Positions 10,721 through 20,730 of a stretch of DNA of 64,000 nucleotides are shown here, piece after piece. Origin of the DNA: Chloroflexota bacterium (GTDB lineage: Bacteria; Chloroflexota; UBA11872; VXOZ01); NCBI GenBank assembly GCA_964291655.2, contig OZ219802.1, positions 64,001-128,000 on the forward strand, read 5' to 3'. Each line of letters opens with the position of its first letter. The stretch's first letter is position 1. The translations under genes were made by a program, and so were the position numbers. The notes under the pieces were generated by a model that ran no database searches, was not told the DNA's origin, and worked only from the letters and a program-made list of their open reading frames with translations.

Positions 10721-11440
10721 ATGAAGTTTCTAGTCAGATTGGGGACAATGTCACAGAATCCACCAGAATTTGAGATGAGTTCAGTACAAGGCGAATATCT
10801 GATTCGCGTGTACACGACGCTTCGCGAGGGGTCACGAGTAGTTGGATCTCGCCTGGCAGAACGGCTGGGAGTTTCCGCGTCGGCGGTGACACAGGCTTTC
10901 CAACGCATGGAGCGACAGGGGCTCGCCGTCATCGACCACGACTGGGGTCTTCAATTGACGCCTGAAGGGCGTAGCATAGCTGAATCGATTATTCGCCGGC
11001 ACTACCTAATTGAGAGACTATTGGTTGATACGTTGGGGTTCGATTGGGCCGATGCCGATGATGAAGCGGAACGCCTGGAACACGCGCTTTCATCTAAATT
11101 AGAAACCTACCTATTCGAAAGTCTTGGAGAGCCGACAACGTGCCCGCATGGGAACCCGTTTCCAGGGTCGCCGGATGAGGAACGGTTGCTAGGCGCGCGA
11201 AAGCTGACAGAAACAAGGGTGGGGGAGAGCGTCGTGATTCTCCGCATCACCGAAGAAGGTGAAGACGACGGCGATCTTCTCCGTTTTGCCCATAGCCAGG
11301 GCCTGCTGCCAGGATCGCCAGTCTTGGTCGAAGACATCGACCTGCGAGCAGGACAGCTACTCCTGAGTACAGATGAGCGCAAAGTCGTTATTTCGGTGCG
11401 CTGGGCTCAAAGTGTTCGCGTTTCCGGCCCTGTCTCTTAA
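10721..11440 (+). CDS. DtxR/MntR metal-dependent regulator with C-terminal FeoA-like domain
   Basis: LAERLGVSASAVT HTH, RRHYLIE, EAERLEHALS, PTTCPHGNPFP; true start may be a little downstream. Confidence 0.92.
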   Translation: MKFLVRLGTMSQNPPEFEMSSVQGEYLIRVYTTLREGSRVVGSRLAERLGVSASAVTQAFQRMERQGLAVIDHDWGLQLTPEGRSIAESIIRRHYLIERLLVDTLGFDWADADDEAERLEHALSSKLETYLFESLGEPTTCPHGNPFPGSPDEERLLGARKLTETRVGESVVILRITEEGEDDGDLLRFAHSQGLLPGSPVLVEDIDLRAGQLLLSTDERKVVISVRWAQSVRVSGPVS

Positions 11441-11563
11441 GCAGATTCACTCGCGGAGCTCGCGCGTTTGGCCGCTACGGAGCTTTACCACAGACAAGGC
11501 GACATTGACGTAACTAGGTTGTTTGTCGCTGTCTGAAGTGTTCGTTTGCGTTACCGGCTGTCG

Positions 11564-12433
11564 CTACCCTCGAGATCCCGCTCGCAGAGCTGCCAAATGG
11601 TCGGCAAGCGCATCTTGCCAGGGTCGAAGGTCGTCCTGATGGATGGCTGCCAGCCGCTCGTTTGCCAATACGGAGTAGGGAGGGCGCGCCGCCGGCGTAA
11701 CGTACTTCTTCGACGATGTAGGAGAAAGCTCTGCGTCGACGCCCACTAACTCGAAGATAGTTTTGGCGAATTCATACCAGGTGCACGAACCGGCGTTGGT
11801 TATGTGGACGACGCCAGTAATGTCTTGCCCAATCAACCACGCTACTTTCTCAGCCAGGTCTCTGGTCGAGGTAGGCGTACACTCCTGGTCGTCGACTACC
11901 CGGAGCGCAGACCCTTCCCCTGCCTTGCGAAGCATTGTTTGGACGAAGTTGCCTCCTTTGCTGCTTGCGCCCGCAGCGCCGTACAAGCCGCACGTTCGCA
12001 CTATCACCGCTCTCCGCCACGCAATTTGAGCAAGATACTCTCCGGCGAGCTTGGAAGTCCCATAGACGGACAGCGGCGCCGGTGGATCGTCTTCGGTTAG
12101 TGGAGCGCGTTTTGCCTGACCGCCAAACACGTAGTCTGTGCTGAAGTGCACAAACTGCGAGTTCTGCTCTGCACAGAGTTGGGCGAGATGCCGTACAGCG
12201 AGAACATTCGTGGCAAAGGCGGTTTCTTCCTGAGTCTCACAGTCGTCTACGCGATGAAAGGCAGCGGTGTTAATGAGCGCGTCCGGCCTGAATGAACGAA
12301 AAATCTCAGCGGTCCGGTCGGCGTTGCAAATGTCTAGGTCCTGGCGCGGCGGCGCAAGTACTTCATATTGAGAGAGTGAGAGCCTGAGGTCGTACGCTAG
12401 CTGTCCGTTCCCGCCTGTGATAAGGATTCGCAT
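11564..12433 (-). CDS. rfbD: dTDP-4-dehydrorhamnose reductase
   Basis: ITGGNGQL, STDYVFGG, YGTSKLAGE, VVDDQ..TPT, AARPPYSVL. Confidence 0.93.
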   Translation of the reverse strand: MRILITGGNGQLAYDLRLSLSQYEVLAPPRQDLDICNADRTAEIFRSFRPDALINTAAFHRVDDCETQEETAFATNVLAVRHLAQLCAEQNSQFVHFSTDYVFGGQAKRAPLTEDDPPAPLSVYGTSKLAGEYLAQIAWRRAVIVRTCGLYGAAGASSKGGNFVQTMLRKAGEGSALRVVDDQECTPTSTRDLAEKVAWLIGQDITGVVHITNAGSCTWYEFAKTIFELVGVDAELSPTSSKKYVTPAARPPYSVLANERLAAIHQDDLRPWQDALADHLAALRAGSRG

Positions 12434-12661
12434 TCCACCCTCGTCGTTACACTTCTCGCCGTAAAGCCGCTTCGCTTAACATACATCAGCCTGCACGCAC
12501 TGAGGTTTTCAGTAGTGTACTACTTTGAAAATGAGCGCGGTCGCCGCTATCCTGGATAAACGACTTGGGGTGCATTGATGTTCGAGGAAGCTACACATAT
12601 GAGAAGGCAAGAGGGACACGAAGTAGTGAACTTGTCAGGATTTCGAGTGAGGATTCTTTAG

Positions 12662-13819
12662 TTGTCGCAGCCAACGCTACGTAACCCAGCAGCATCGTCA
12701 CCCGACGCGCCAGACATAGATGTCGCAATAGTTGGCGGGGGTCCTGGCGGGCTTGCCGCCGCCCAGCAGTTAGGCGAGCGGGGTATTGCAAGCGTGGTTC
12801 TTGAGAAGGGTGGTTGCCCCGGTTGGATGTGGAGCAAGACGTACGAGAGTCTCCGCCTGCACACCGGAAAGCACCTGAGCGCTTTGCCTGGAATGCCGTA
12901 CCCAAGTGGGACCAGCCTTTTCCCTTCACGTGCGGAATTCACGGATTATCTCAAGGACTACGTGGCACAATTCAGTCTGCCCCTCCGTGTTGGTGTAGAG
13001 GCGCAGGCACTTGAGCGGCAAGCGGACACATGGAGAATTAAGACGAGTGAAGGTTGGGTTACGGCACGCGCTGTAGTCGTAGCAACCGGCATCATGTCGT
13101 CGCCGCTTGTGCCAAGCAAACTTGGGTCGGAATCATTCGAGGGATACCTCATCCACAGTTCGGACTACAGGAGGCCATCGCCATTCTCACACCAGCGTGT
13201 GTTAGTCGTTGGCGTAGGCAATTCCGGAGCGGAGATTGCGGCGGAGCTTGCAAGTGCCAGTGTACGTGTGGCGATATCTGTCCGTTCGGGAGTGAACAAC
13301 GTGCCTCGAAGCGTCGTTGGGATTCCGAGCCAATACCTGGGGTGGGCAATCTCCTGGCTGCCTCGTCCCATCCAACAGCGATTGACACGGACGTTTGGGC
13401 TCGTGGGAGCCGTAGTCCGGGGCGGCAACCCAATCCCGCGCAAGAAGGGGTTCGGCAATTGCCCGGACGTACCCCTTATCGGTATGAAGCTGGCCAACGC
13501 CGTGCGATCTGGTGCTATCGCCCTCCTGCCTGGCATCGATCGTTTCACGCCGGAAGGAGCGACATTTACTGATGGCACGCAACACGGGTTCGACGCGGTG
13601 ATACTGGCTACCGGGTACAGGTCGTCCATTGAGTGGATGGGCGCTTACAACGCCAGAGATGCTTGCGGATTCGCTAAACGACGAGACCGCGTGAGAAGCC
13701 TTGAATTCCCTAATCTCTACTTTATTGGTCACAACTACGATGGCAGGGGCGGACTCTATAATATCGCCGTGGACGCAAAGCGGATTGCCCGGATTGTGTT
13801 GAGCAGTCAAAGGCTGTGA
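12662..13819 (+). CDS. Flavin-containing monooxygenase (FMO/YUCCA-like, class B)
   Basis: GGGPGG FAD motif, FxGxxxHSxxY fingerprint (FEGYLIHSSDY), GVGNSG, ATGY. Confidence 0.88.
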   Translation: MSQPTLRNPAASSPDAPDIDVAIVGGGPGGLAAAQQLGERGIASVVLEKGGCPGWMWSKTYESLRLHTGKHLSALPGMPYPSGTSLFPSRAEFTDYLKDYVAQFSLPLRVGVEAQALERQADTWRIKTSEGWVTARAVVVATGIMSSPLVPSKLGSESFEGYLIHSSDYRRPSPFSHQRVLVVGVGNSGAEIAAELASASVRVAISVRSGVNNVPRSVVGIPSQYLGWAISWLPRPIQQRLTRTFGLVGAVVRGGNPIPRKKGFGNCPDVPLIGMKLANAVRSGAIALLPGIDRFTPEGATFTDGTQHGFDAVILATGYRSSIEWMGAYNARDACGFAKRRDRVRSLEFPNLYFIGHNYDGRGGLYNIAVDAKRIARIVLSSQRL

Positions 13820-14226
13820 TAGCTGCCAAAGGACCAAAGTGCTGTTGCCAACACCATATGAAACCAGATTGGGATCGTCCGCTTGAGCCATCTCCTTTCC
13901 GGCTTGAGCTTCATCGTTAGAATATAGCGCGCCAACATTGCACCGAAGTAAACTACTGCGGCAGCCCTGAGGGGCGTCGCCAACATGCCCCACCAGCTCG
14001 AAGCAAAGAGACCCTCAGTCCGGTAGACGTCGGCAGCAATGACTGCCAGGAGCGAAAACAGAACTAGCTGCGCAGGGAGCAGGTAGCGGTAGGGCATCAA
14101 TCCCGAGTACCAGTGTTCCATCGCAGGCAACCAGCGAGGCGAGAACAAAACGACTACCACTTGTCCCAGCACTCGTAACCCAAACAAGACAGTACATACA
14201 AGGAGGATTAGAGGTGCCAGGGACAT
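13807..14226 (-). CDS. Hypothetical 4-TM membrane protein
   Basis: Four hydrophobic helices; convergent with and overlapping the FMO stop. Confidence 0.7.
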   Translation of the reverse strand: MSLAPLILLVCTVLFGLRVLGQVVVVLFSPRWLPAMEHWYSGLMPYRYLLPAQLVLFSLLAVIAADVYRTEGLFASSWWGMLATPLRAAAVVYFGAMLARYILTMKLKPERRWLKRTIPIWFHMVLATALWSFGSYHSL

Positions 14227-14914
14227 GTCTTCAACCTCGTGCTAGTCGACGATGCGAGTTTCTCGGCCGGCTCTAACTCTTTAGGAATGAGAATCTACTG
14301 CAGCAATCTACTTGGTTGCCTATGCGGCACCCAGAAATAGGGCTGCAATTTCCGTTACCACGCCAATGCAATTTCAAACAGCTTCCATTCTATATGTTAG
14401 CTTGACATGGGCACTCCCAATTGGTAGGTTAATGGCCAGAAATCACAGTGATGATTCTACGATTTGGTGGTCTCTGGCTAATTGGTCGGCAGGCAATATT
14501 GTAGTATTATTGCACCCAAAGAACCGAGTGGTTACACAACTGGGGATAACTCGGATCTTGGGCAAGTGTTTTGTCCTCGCACTGCTTTGACATCTCCCTT
14601 CTTAAAAAAGAAGACGGGATGCACATTGACTGTGGGGAGAAGGTGAGGGAACCTAACAAGACTTTCATTGTAGTTTCCAGGGGGCAGTGGAGAGAAAGGA
14701 GCAGAGTGCTCGCGCAGACCGTTCGTCGAGAATGAGCCTGAGCAATTCATTGATCGTGTTACCTTGTGGCGAGAAATTCATCGGTTCCAGTTGGACGTGG
14801 ATTCGGTATGTTCCCGCCCTTGCTGTCATATGGTCACGTGCAGGATTTAGAGGTTGAGAACGACTTAGAGTTCAGGTATGGTGTTCAGCAAGACCAAGTT
14901 GCAATGTTAAGGAG

Positions 14915-15262
14915 ATGCGCCCAATGGGAGTAACTACGGAGCGGCAAGATAACACACTGATTGCAAAGACCGATGGTCGCATTGATGGGGCGAATGCCCG
15001 TGAATTCCAGGATGCCTTAGACGCCGCAATTGACTCGAGTGAGCGTGCCGTCGTCTTGGACCTGGAGGAAGTTTCGTATATCAGTAGTGCCGGCTTGCGA
15101 GTTATCCTCCTAACAGCCAAGTCGTTGCAGAAGCAAGACGCGAAGTTTGCCGTCTGCTCGCTCTCAGAATCAATTCGAGAGATATTCGAGATCAGCGGCT
15201 TTGATCAAATCATTGCCGTTCACGATTCTCGAGATGAAGCAATAGACGCACTCAAGAATTAA
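14915..15262 (+). CDS. STAS-domain anti-sigma-factor antagonist (RsbV/SpoIIAA-like)
   Basis: GRIDG, LDLEEVSYISSAGLRV with phosphoacceptor Ser, FEISGF; AAGGAG RBS. Confidence 0.93.
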   Translation: MRPMGVTTERQDNTLIAKTDGRIDGANAREFQDALDAAIDSSERAVVLDLEEVSYISSAGLRVILLTAKSLQKQDAKFAVCSLSESIREIFEISGFDQIIAVHDSRDEAIDALKN

Positions 15263-15352
15263 CTCGCCCATTCTTGCGCAGCATCGAGAATTCAACTGGC
15301 CCGTGGGTACTCCCTACAGGGTCAGATAATGCAGTTCTCGAGGAAGGGAACG

Positions 15353-16513
15353 ATGGAACCACCTTACAAAATCCTCGTTGTCGATGATGAACCGGATCTT
15401 GAGCCTCTCATGCTGCAGCGAATGCGTCGCCACATTCGGGCGGGACGCTACTCGTTCGTCTTCGCTCAGAATGGAGTTGAAGCGCTTGAACGCCTGACCG
15501 AAGAGGATGACATTGATATGGTCCTCTCCGATATCAATATGCCTCGCATGGATGGCTTAACGCTGCTTGAACAGATTCCCAAGGTCGATCCCAACATCCG
15601 CTCCGTAATCGTTTCAGCATACGGAGACATGAAGAACATCCGCACGGCCATGAATCGTGGCGCTTTCGACTTTGTGACCAAACCGCTAGACTTTGCAGAC
15701 CTTCAAATTACAATCGATCGCACATTGAGTCATATGACTGAATGGCGAGAAGCACTCTCTTCGCGTGACAAACTGGTTGCATTGCAGAATGAACTGAATG
15801 TCGCCAGCCAGATCCAGCAGTCGATTTTGCCAACAATATTTCCTAAAGGCGAAAACTACAAAATCTATGCCAGCATGGAACCTGCGCGCAATGTTGGGGG
15901 AGACTTCTTTGACGTTTTGACTCTGGATGCCGGCATGGTTGGCCTTGCGATTGCGGACGTATCCGACAAAGGCGTACCCGCTGCCCTATTCATGATGTCT
16001 AGCCGCACGCTTCTGAAGGGCTCTGCCATCGGCATTGGAGAGCCGGGCCAGGTGCTGTGTGAGGTAAACGATTTGCTTCATGAAGACAATGACACGGGAA
16101 TGTTCGTCACTGTTCTGTATGCGGTCTATAGTCCGGCGAGTGGAGAACTAGCCTATGCCAACGGCGGGCACAATAGTCCTCTCATGGTTCATCCGGATGG
16201 GAGTTCATCGTTGCTTCCCCTTACTGGTGGCATTGCGCTTGGTGTTATGCCTGATTTGCCATACCAACAGCAGACTGTGACCCTGGCTCCAGGTGATCTT
16301 GCGTTCCTCTACACAGACGGTGTCACCGAGGCCATGAACGCCGAGGGAGAGGAATTTGGCGTGGAACGCCTGCAGGAAGTGTTTGCAACCAACCCTCCCC
16401 GGGATCCAGAAGAGGCGAACGAGGCGGTTTTCGCTGCGGTGAGTGAGTTTGCCGGCGAAACACCCCAGTCTGACGACATAACATGCTTAGCATTGTATCG
16501 TAGCGAGTCATAA
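15353..16513 (+). CDS. Response regulator receiver fused to PP2C/SpoIIE phosphatase (RsbU-like)
   Basis: ILVVDDE, SDINMPRMDG, FVTKP; VGGDFFD, IADVS, YTDGVTEA, DDIT. Confidence 0.95.
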   Translation: MEPPYKILVVDDEPDLEPLMLQRMRRHIRAGRYSFVFAQNGVEALERLTEEDDIDMVLSDINMPRMDGLTLLEQIPKVDPNIRSVIVSAYGDMKNIRTAMNRGAFDFVTKPLDFADLQITIDRTLSHMTEWREALSSRDKLVALQNELNVASQIQQSILPTIFPKGENYKIYASMEPARNVGGDFFDVLTLDAGMVGLAIADVSDKGVPAALFMMSSRTLLKGSAIGIGEPGQVLCEVNDLLHEDNDTGMFVTVLYAVYSPASGELAYANGGHNSPLMVHPDGSSSLLPLTGGIALGVMPDLPYQQQTVTLAPGDLAFLYTDGVTEAMNAEGEEFGVERLQEVFATNPPRDPEEANEAVFAAVSEFAGETPQSDDITCLALYRSES

Positions 16514-16515
16514 AG

Positions 16516-16935
16516 TTGGGTAGCGAGCTGAATTTAAAGGTCGAGACCAGACGTGACGAACTAGACCGGGTCTCGACAGCAATAGAGAGCTTTGGCCTGG
16601 AAGCAGACTGGCCGATAGATCTCATATTCAAGGTGAACCTGGCCCTTGAAGAGCTCGTGATCAACGTCATGAATTATGGCCATGATGGTGGACTCCATGA
16701 GATCGATATCACCTTAACCTCCGATGAGGATTCCCTCACCATCGAAATTGTAGATGACGGCCGACCCTTTGATCCGTTGCATGACGCACCTAAACCCGAT
16801 GTGAACGCCGAACTAGAGGATAGAGACATAGGTGGTTTGGGCATTCATTTTGTACGCAAGATGATGGATGACGTGCGCTACCGTCGGGAAGAGGGAAAGA
16901 ACCACTTGACCCTGGTTACGAGCTTAGCAAAATGA
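16516..16935 (+). CDS. Anti-sigma Ser/Thr kinase (RsbW-like HATPase)
   Basis: LALEELVINVMNYG, DDGRPFDP, GGLGIHFV. Confidence 0.93.
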   Translation: MGSELNLKVETRRDELDRVSTAIESFGLEADWPIDLIFKVNLALEELVINVMNYGHDGGLHEIDITLTSDEDSLTIEIVDDGRPFDPLHDAPKPDVNAELEDRDIGGLGIHFVRKMMDDVRYRREEGKNHLTLVTSLAK

Positions 16936-18212
16936 AAACCGTCTCCTGCATTCCTGCGGCCTCGTTGGTTCGCTTAGGAAACAGGGTGGCAGTTGGGTTT
17001 CTCTTAGCCACCCTTCTCATCGGTTGCTCCACTTCTGCTCAAGAAGGCGATTCGGTAGTTGCGGAAGCTTCGGCAACACCGGAGACAGTTACCGAAGATT
17101 CTCAGTCTCTTGCCCCTGGTGTCACGGAGGATCAAGTCCTCTTCGGGCAATCCGCAGCTTTCAGCGGCCCCGCGGAAGAGCTTGGCACAAACATGGAATT
17201 CGGCATTAGGGCCGCTTTCCATGAAGTCAACCAGAAGGGTGGCGTCCATGGACGGGAGCTCATGCTGCTCCAATTGGATGACGCCTACGAACCGGAAGCC
17301 GCGATTGAAAACACGAGAGAGCTCATTGAAGAGTACGGTGTTTTCGCACTCATTGGAGCCGTTGGCACGCCGACCTCCCGCTCCGCGGTGCCGGTTGCCT
17401 TCGAAGCAGGTGTGCCGTACATTGCCCCCTTCACCGGCGCCGAATTCCTGCGCAACTCTGACCTGTTCAATGTCGTAAACATGCGCGCCTCCTACTTTCA
17501 AGAGACCGAAGAAATGGTGGAGCGCCTGACGACGGACTTGGGTATCACCCGCATTGGTGTCTTGTACCAAGACGATTCCTATGGTCGGGCCGGCTACAAC
17601 GGCGTGCGGCGGGCTCTTGAAAAGCGCAACATGGAAATGGTGTCGATTGGGGTCTATGCGCGTAACACCACTGCAGTTAAGGCGGCATTGCTTGATCTCC
17701 GTCGCGGCGAACCTGAAGCGGTAATCATGATTGGCGCCTATAAGCCGGTCGCCGCCCTTATCCTCTGGGCGCGGCAAATAGGCTTAGACCCGGTGTTCAT
17801 GACCGTGTCCTTCGTGGGTAGCAATGCTCTGGCACAGGAGCTTGGACCAGCCGGGGAAGGCGTGTTCGTTACACAGGTGGTCCCGTTTCCCACGGATGAG
17901 AACCAGCAAATCGTCAAAGAGTATCGGCGTGCCATTCGGGAGTTTTCCGCGTGGCACGATCCCGGCTTTGTCTCTTTAGAGGGTTACCTCGCCGGCCGCT
18001 TGGCAATTGCCGGGCTTGAGCGCTGCGGGCCGCAGCCTACACGAGAGTGCTTCCTCGATAGCATTCGCAACACCGGCTTAATCGACCTTAGCGGTTTTGA
18101 GCTTAACTATGGAGCGGAAGATAACCAGGGTTCAGACGAAGTTTTTCTGACGATGATCGGACCAGATGGCACGTATCAGCCTATGAGTTCACTTCGGGAT
18201 TTGAACCGGTGA
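16932..18212 (+). CDS. Lipoprotein periplasmic binding protein type 1 (Leu/Ile/Val-binding family)
   Basis: Lipobox LLIGC, GQSAAFSGPA, GGVHGR, DDAYEP, GAVGTPTS, RASY; no permease nearby. Confidence 0.9.
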   Translation: MKTVSCIPAASLVRLGNRVAVGFLLATLLIGCSTSAQEGDSVVAEASATPETVTEDSQSLAPGVTEDQVLFGQSAAFSGPAEELGTNMEFGIRAAFHEVNQKGGVHGRELMLLQLDDAYEPEAAIENTRELIEEYGVFALIGAVGTPTSRSAVPVAFEAGVPYIAPFTGAEFLRNSDLFNVVNMRASYFQETEEMVERLTTDLGITRIGVLYQDDSYGRAGYNGVRRALEKRNMEMVSIGVYARNTTAVKAALLDLRRGEPEAVIMIGAYKPVAALILWARQIGLDPVFMTVSFVGSNALAQELGPAGEGVFVTQVVPFPTDENQQIVKEYRRAIREFSAWHDPGFVSLEGYLAGRLAIAGLERCGPQPTRECFLDSIRNTGLIDLSGFELNYGAEDNQGSDEVFLTMIGPDGTYQPMSSLRDLNR

Positions 18213-20371
18213 TTGAGCAAATCAGGGGCTTGCTGGAAAGCCGCTACAGGATCTCAACACAGCTCTACTTGGGCATTGGCGGCGCAGTGGCGCTCGTCAT
18301 TGCGGCCAGTCTTGTCGGGTGGTTCTCCTTCAATCGCGTCGGTGAAGTCCAGAGCCGTGTGAACGAAGGCAGTGTCCCCGAAATGGAAGCTGCCTTTCGC
18401 GTGGCACAACACAGTAACTCATTAGAGGCCGCGGCCCCACGGCTGACGAGCGCCGCGACGCCGGAAGACTTCAACCGAGTCGCTGCCAGCATTGACGAAG
18501 CGCATGCCGCGCTGGAAGAGCAGTTGGCAATCCTGGAACAGGCCGACGCGGGAGATGAGCGCTTTGCGCGTGTTCGCGCCCGCGCGGATGCACTAATCTC
18601 CAACATAGGTGCAGTTGAAACCGGGATGTCGGAGTCGTTCCAGCTTAACGATCAGAGTGAGCAGTTGCGCGTAGAACTAGCGACCACGCGAGGCAATCTG
18701 GAAGACATTCTAACCCCCCTGATCGATGATCAGATTTTCTATCTCATCACAGGCTATAGCGTAATCGGAGGGTCTGCTGCGGCGCGGGAAAACCACTTTT
18801 CCGAGGAAGAATTCAATCGATATCGCCACTTAGAAATATTGAGCAGAGAAGCGAATGTCGCTACTGAGCTCTTGGCGAATTCTTATGTTGTTTCCGATGC
18901 TTCTTTTGTCGAGCCACTGCGAGAACGCTTCGAGTCGGCGCAGAGCCGGATCGAACGCAGCCTGTTCGCACTGGTGGATGCGCCGTTCTATGCAGAGCTA
19001 ACCCCAATCTTTGACGAGCTGTTTGCATTAGAGAGTGTATTCGCATTGCGCTCGCAGCAATTGCGGCTCATTCAGCACCAGGATGACCTATTGGCGAGCA
19101 ACAATGACTTGGCGAATGAGCTTCTGGGCGAGGTTGAGGGCCTCGTAAGTGCGGCCTCAGACAGCGTAGAGGAAGCAACACAGGCTTCTACGCAGGCTAT
19201 CCTGACCGGTCGGCTCCTCCTTCTTGCTATCGGTATTGTTAGTATTATCGGCGCACTCATAATTGTGTGGCTCTTCGTTGGTCGGGTCGTGGTGCGCCGC
19301 ATTGAGATGCTTTCGGATTGGATGCGTGGGATGGCAGGCGGCGATCTGGAAACGCAAGTGGAGATTGGGGGACGAGACGAAGTGGCGGAGATGGCTTCTG
19401 CCCTGGAGGTATTCCGCCGCCATGCCCTCGAAGTGCAGCGCCTTAATCTGGTTGAGAAACTCGCCGATGAACTACAGGGCAAGAACGATGAACTTGAGAG
19501 CGTTTTGGCGGACCTCCGCAAGGCGCAAGACCAGATCGTGATGCGCGAAAAGCTGGCAGCTCTGGGTGAACTGACCGCAGGCGTGGCCCATGAAATCAAG
19601 AACCCGCTTAATTTCGTCAAGAACTTCTCCGAATCTTCTGCAGACCTTCTCGAAGAACTACGAGAGGTGCTCGGTGAAAACGGCGGTGAATTGAGCGGAG
19701 ATGACCGCGATCTCATTGATGAGATATCGGATGATCTCACCGGAAACCTTGAGCGCATTCGTTCGCACGGGGAACGCGCCAACCGCATCGTTCACGATAT
19801 GCTATCCATGGGTCGCGGCACCGGTGGCATGCAACCCACAAATCTCAACAATCTGCTCGATGAGCACGCCCGGCTTGCCTATCACAGCAAGCGCGCCACC
19901 GATCCGGACTTCCAGTTGGACCTGAAGCAGGAATTGGACCCGGAGATGGGAGAGGTCGAGGTCGTTCCGCAGGACTTGGGCCGTGTCTTCTTGAATATGG
20001 TGAGCAACGCCTGTGATGCAACCGATGAGCGTCGGCGCGCTATTGAGCAGGCAGGCGGCAAAGACTATAGCCCGACAGTTTGGCTTGTTTCAAAGCGCGG
20101 CGAGGAATTCGCCGAATTTCGCATAAGGGACAATGGCGCCGGCATCCCGCCGGACGTGATTGAAAAAATCTTCAACCCATTCTTTACCACCAAGCCTACC
20201 GACAAAGGCACCGGCCTAGGGCTGGCCATGTCCAGTGATATCGTACGCCGCCGGGGCGGCACTATCCGAGTGCAGTCCGAACCCGGTGAGTTTACTGAGA
20301 TGACCATAGAGATACCCCTTGATCCCGTGGCAATTGAGGAAGACGCCGACGAAGCGGTAGTTCAGGCATAG
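18209..20371 (+). CDS. Sensor histidine kinase with large helical extracytoplasmic sensor (TorS-like) and HAMP domain
   Basis: Two TMs, HAMP GRDEVAEM, H-box AHEIKNPLN, DNGAGIP, FNPFFTTK, GTGLGL. Confidence 0.93.
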   Translation: MIEQIRGLLESRYRISTQLYLGIGGAVALVIAASLVGWFSFNRVGEVQSRVNEGSVPEMEAAFRVAQHSNSLEAAAPRLTSAATPEDFNRVAASIDEAHAALEEQLAILEQADAGDERFARVRARADALISNIGAVETGMSESFQLNDQSEQLRVELATTRGNLEDILTPLIDDQIFYLITGYSVIGGSAAARENHFSEEEFNRYRHLEILSREANVATELLANSYVVSDASFVEPLRERFESAQSRIERSLFALVDAPFYAELTPIFDELFALESVFALRSQQLRLIQHQDDLLASNNDLANELLGEVEGLVSAASDSVEEATQASTQAILTGRLLLLAIGIVSIIGALIIVWLFVGRVVVRRIEMLSDWMRGMAGGDLETQVEIGGRDEVAEMASALEVFRRHALEVQRLNLVEKLADELQGKNDELESVLADLRKAQDQIVMREKLAALGELTAGVAHEIKNPLNFVKNFSESSADLLEELREVLGENGGELSGDDRDLIDEISDDLTGNLERIRSHGERANRIVHDMLSMGRGTGGMQPTNLNNLLDEHARLAYHSKRATDPDFQLDLKQELDPEMGEVEVVPQDLGRVFLNMVSNACDATDERRRAIEQAGGKDYSPTVWLVSKRGEEFAEFRIRDNGAGIPPDVIEKIFNPFFTTKPTDKGTGLGLAMSSDIVRRRGGTIRVQSEPGEFTEMTIEIPLDPVAIEEDADEAVVQA

Positions 20372-20730
20372 GGTACACTAGGGACTTCCAGCAGTTGCAT
20401 AAGGAAGTTAGGCTGTAGGGTGCAATCTAGTCGGCAGGAATTGTGCTTCTACTTGGGCAACGCAGATTTCTGGAGTGAGGCACGTTCCGGAATGGTTTTC
20501 TGCGCCCGCAGACTCTTGGTGTACTGCGGGCATGCAGGATACCCCTCGCACAGGAGTGTGCAGAGTCTGTCTTGAATTTACTTGCGCAGTTTGGTACTGT
20601 GCTGGCGGGATTTAATTACGCGTTTCCCACTAAACGACAGGATTACCGCCAATTCAGATACTTGCCCGACGCTATGGTGTGTCCCAGATACGAGAAACGA
20701 GCGAAATGTGCCTGCTAAGCGAGTTATGCC

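Noticed and set aside
14227-14914. Nitrogen-regulator or sigma54 sites upstream of the STAS gene
   Set aside because: No convincing TGGCAC-N5-TTGC, GTA-N8-TAC or TGTNA-N7-TNACA match was found by eye
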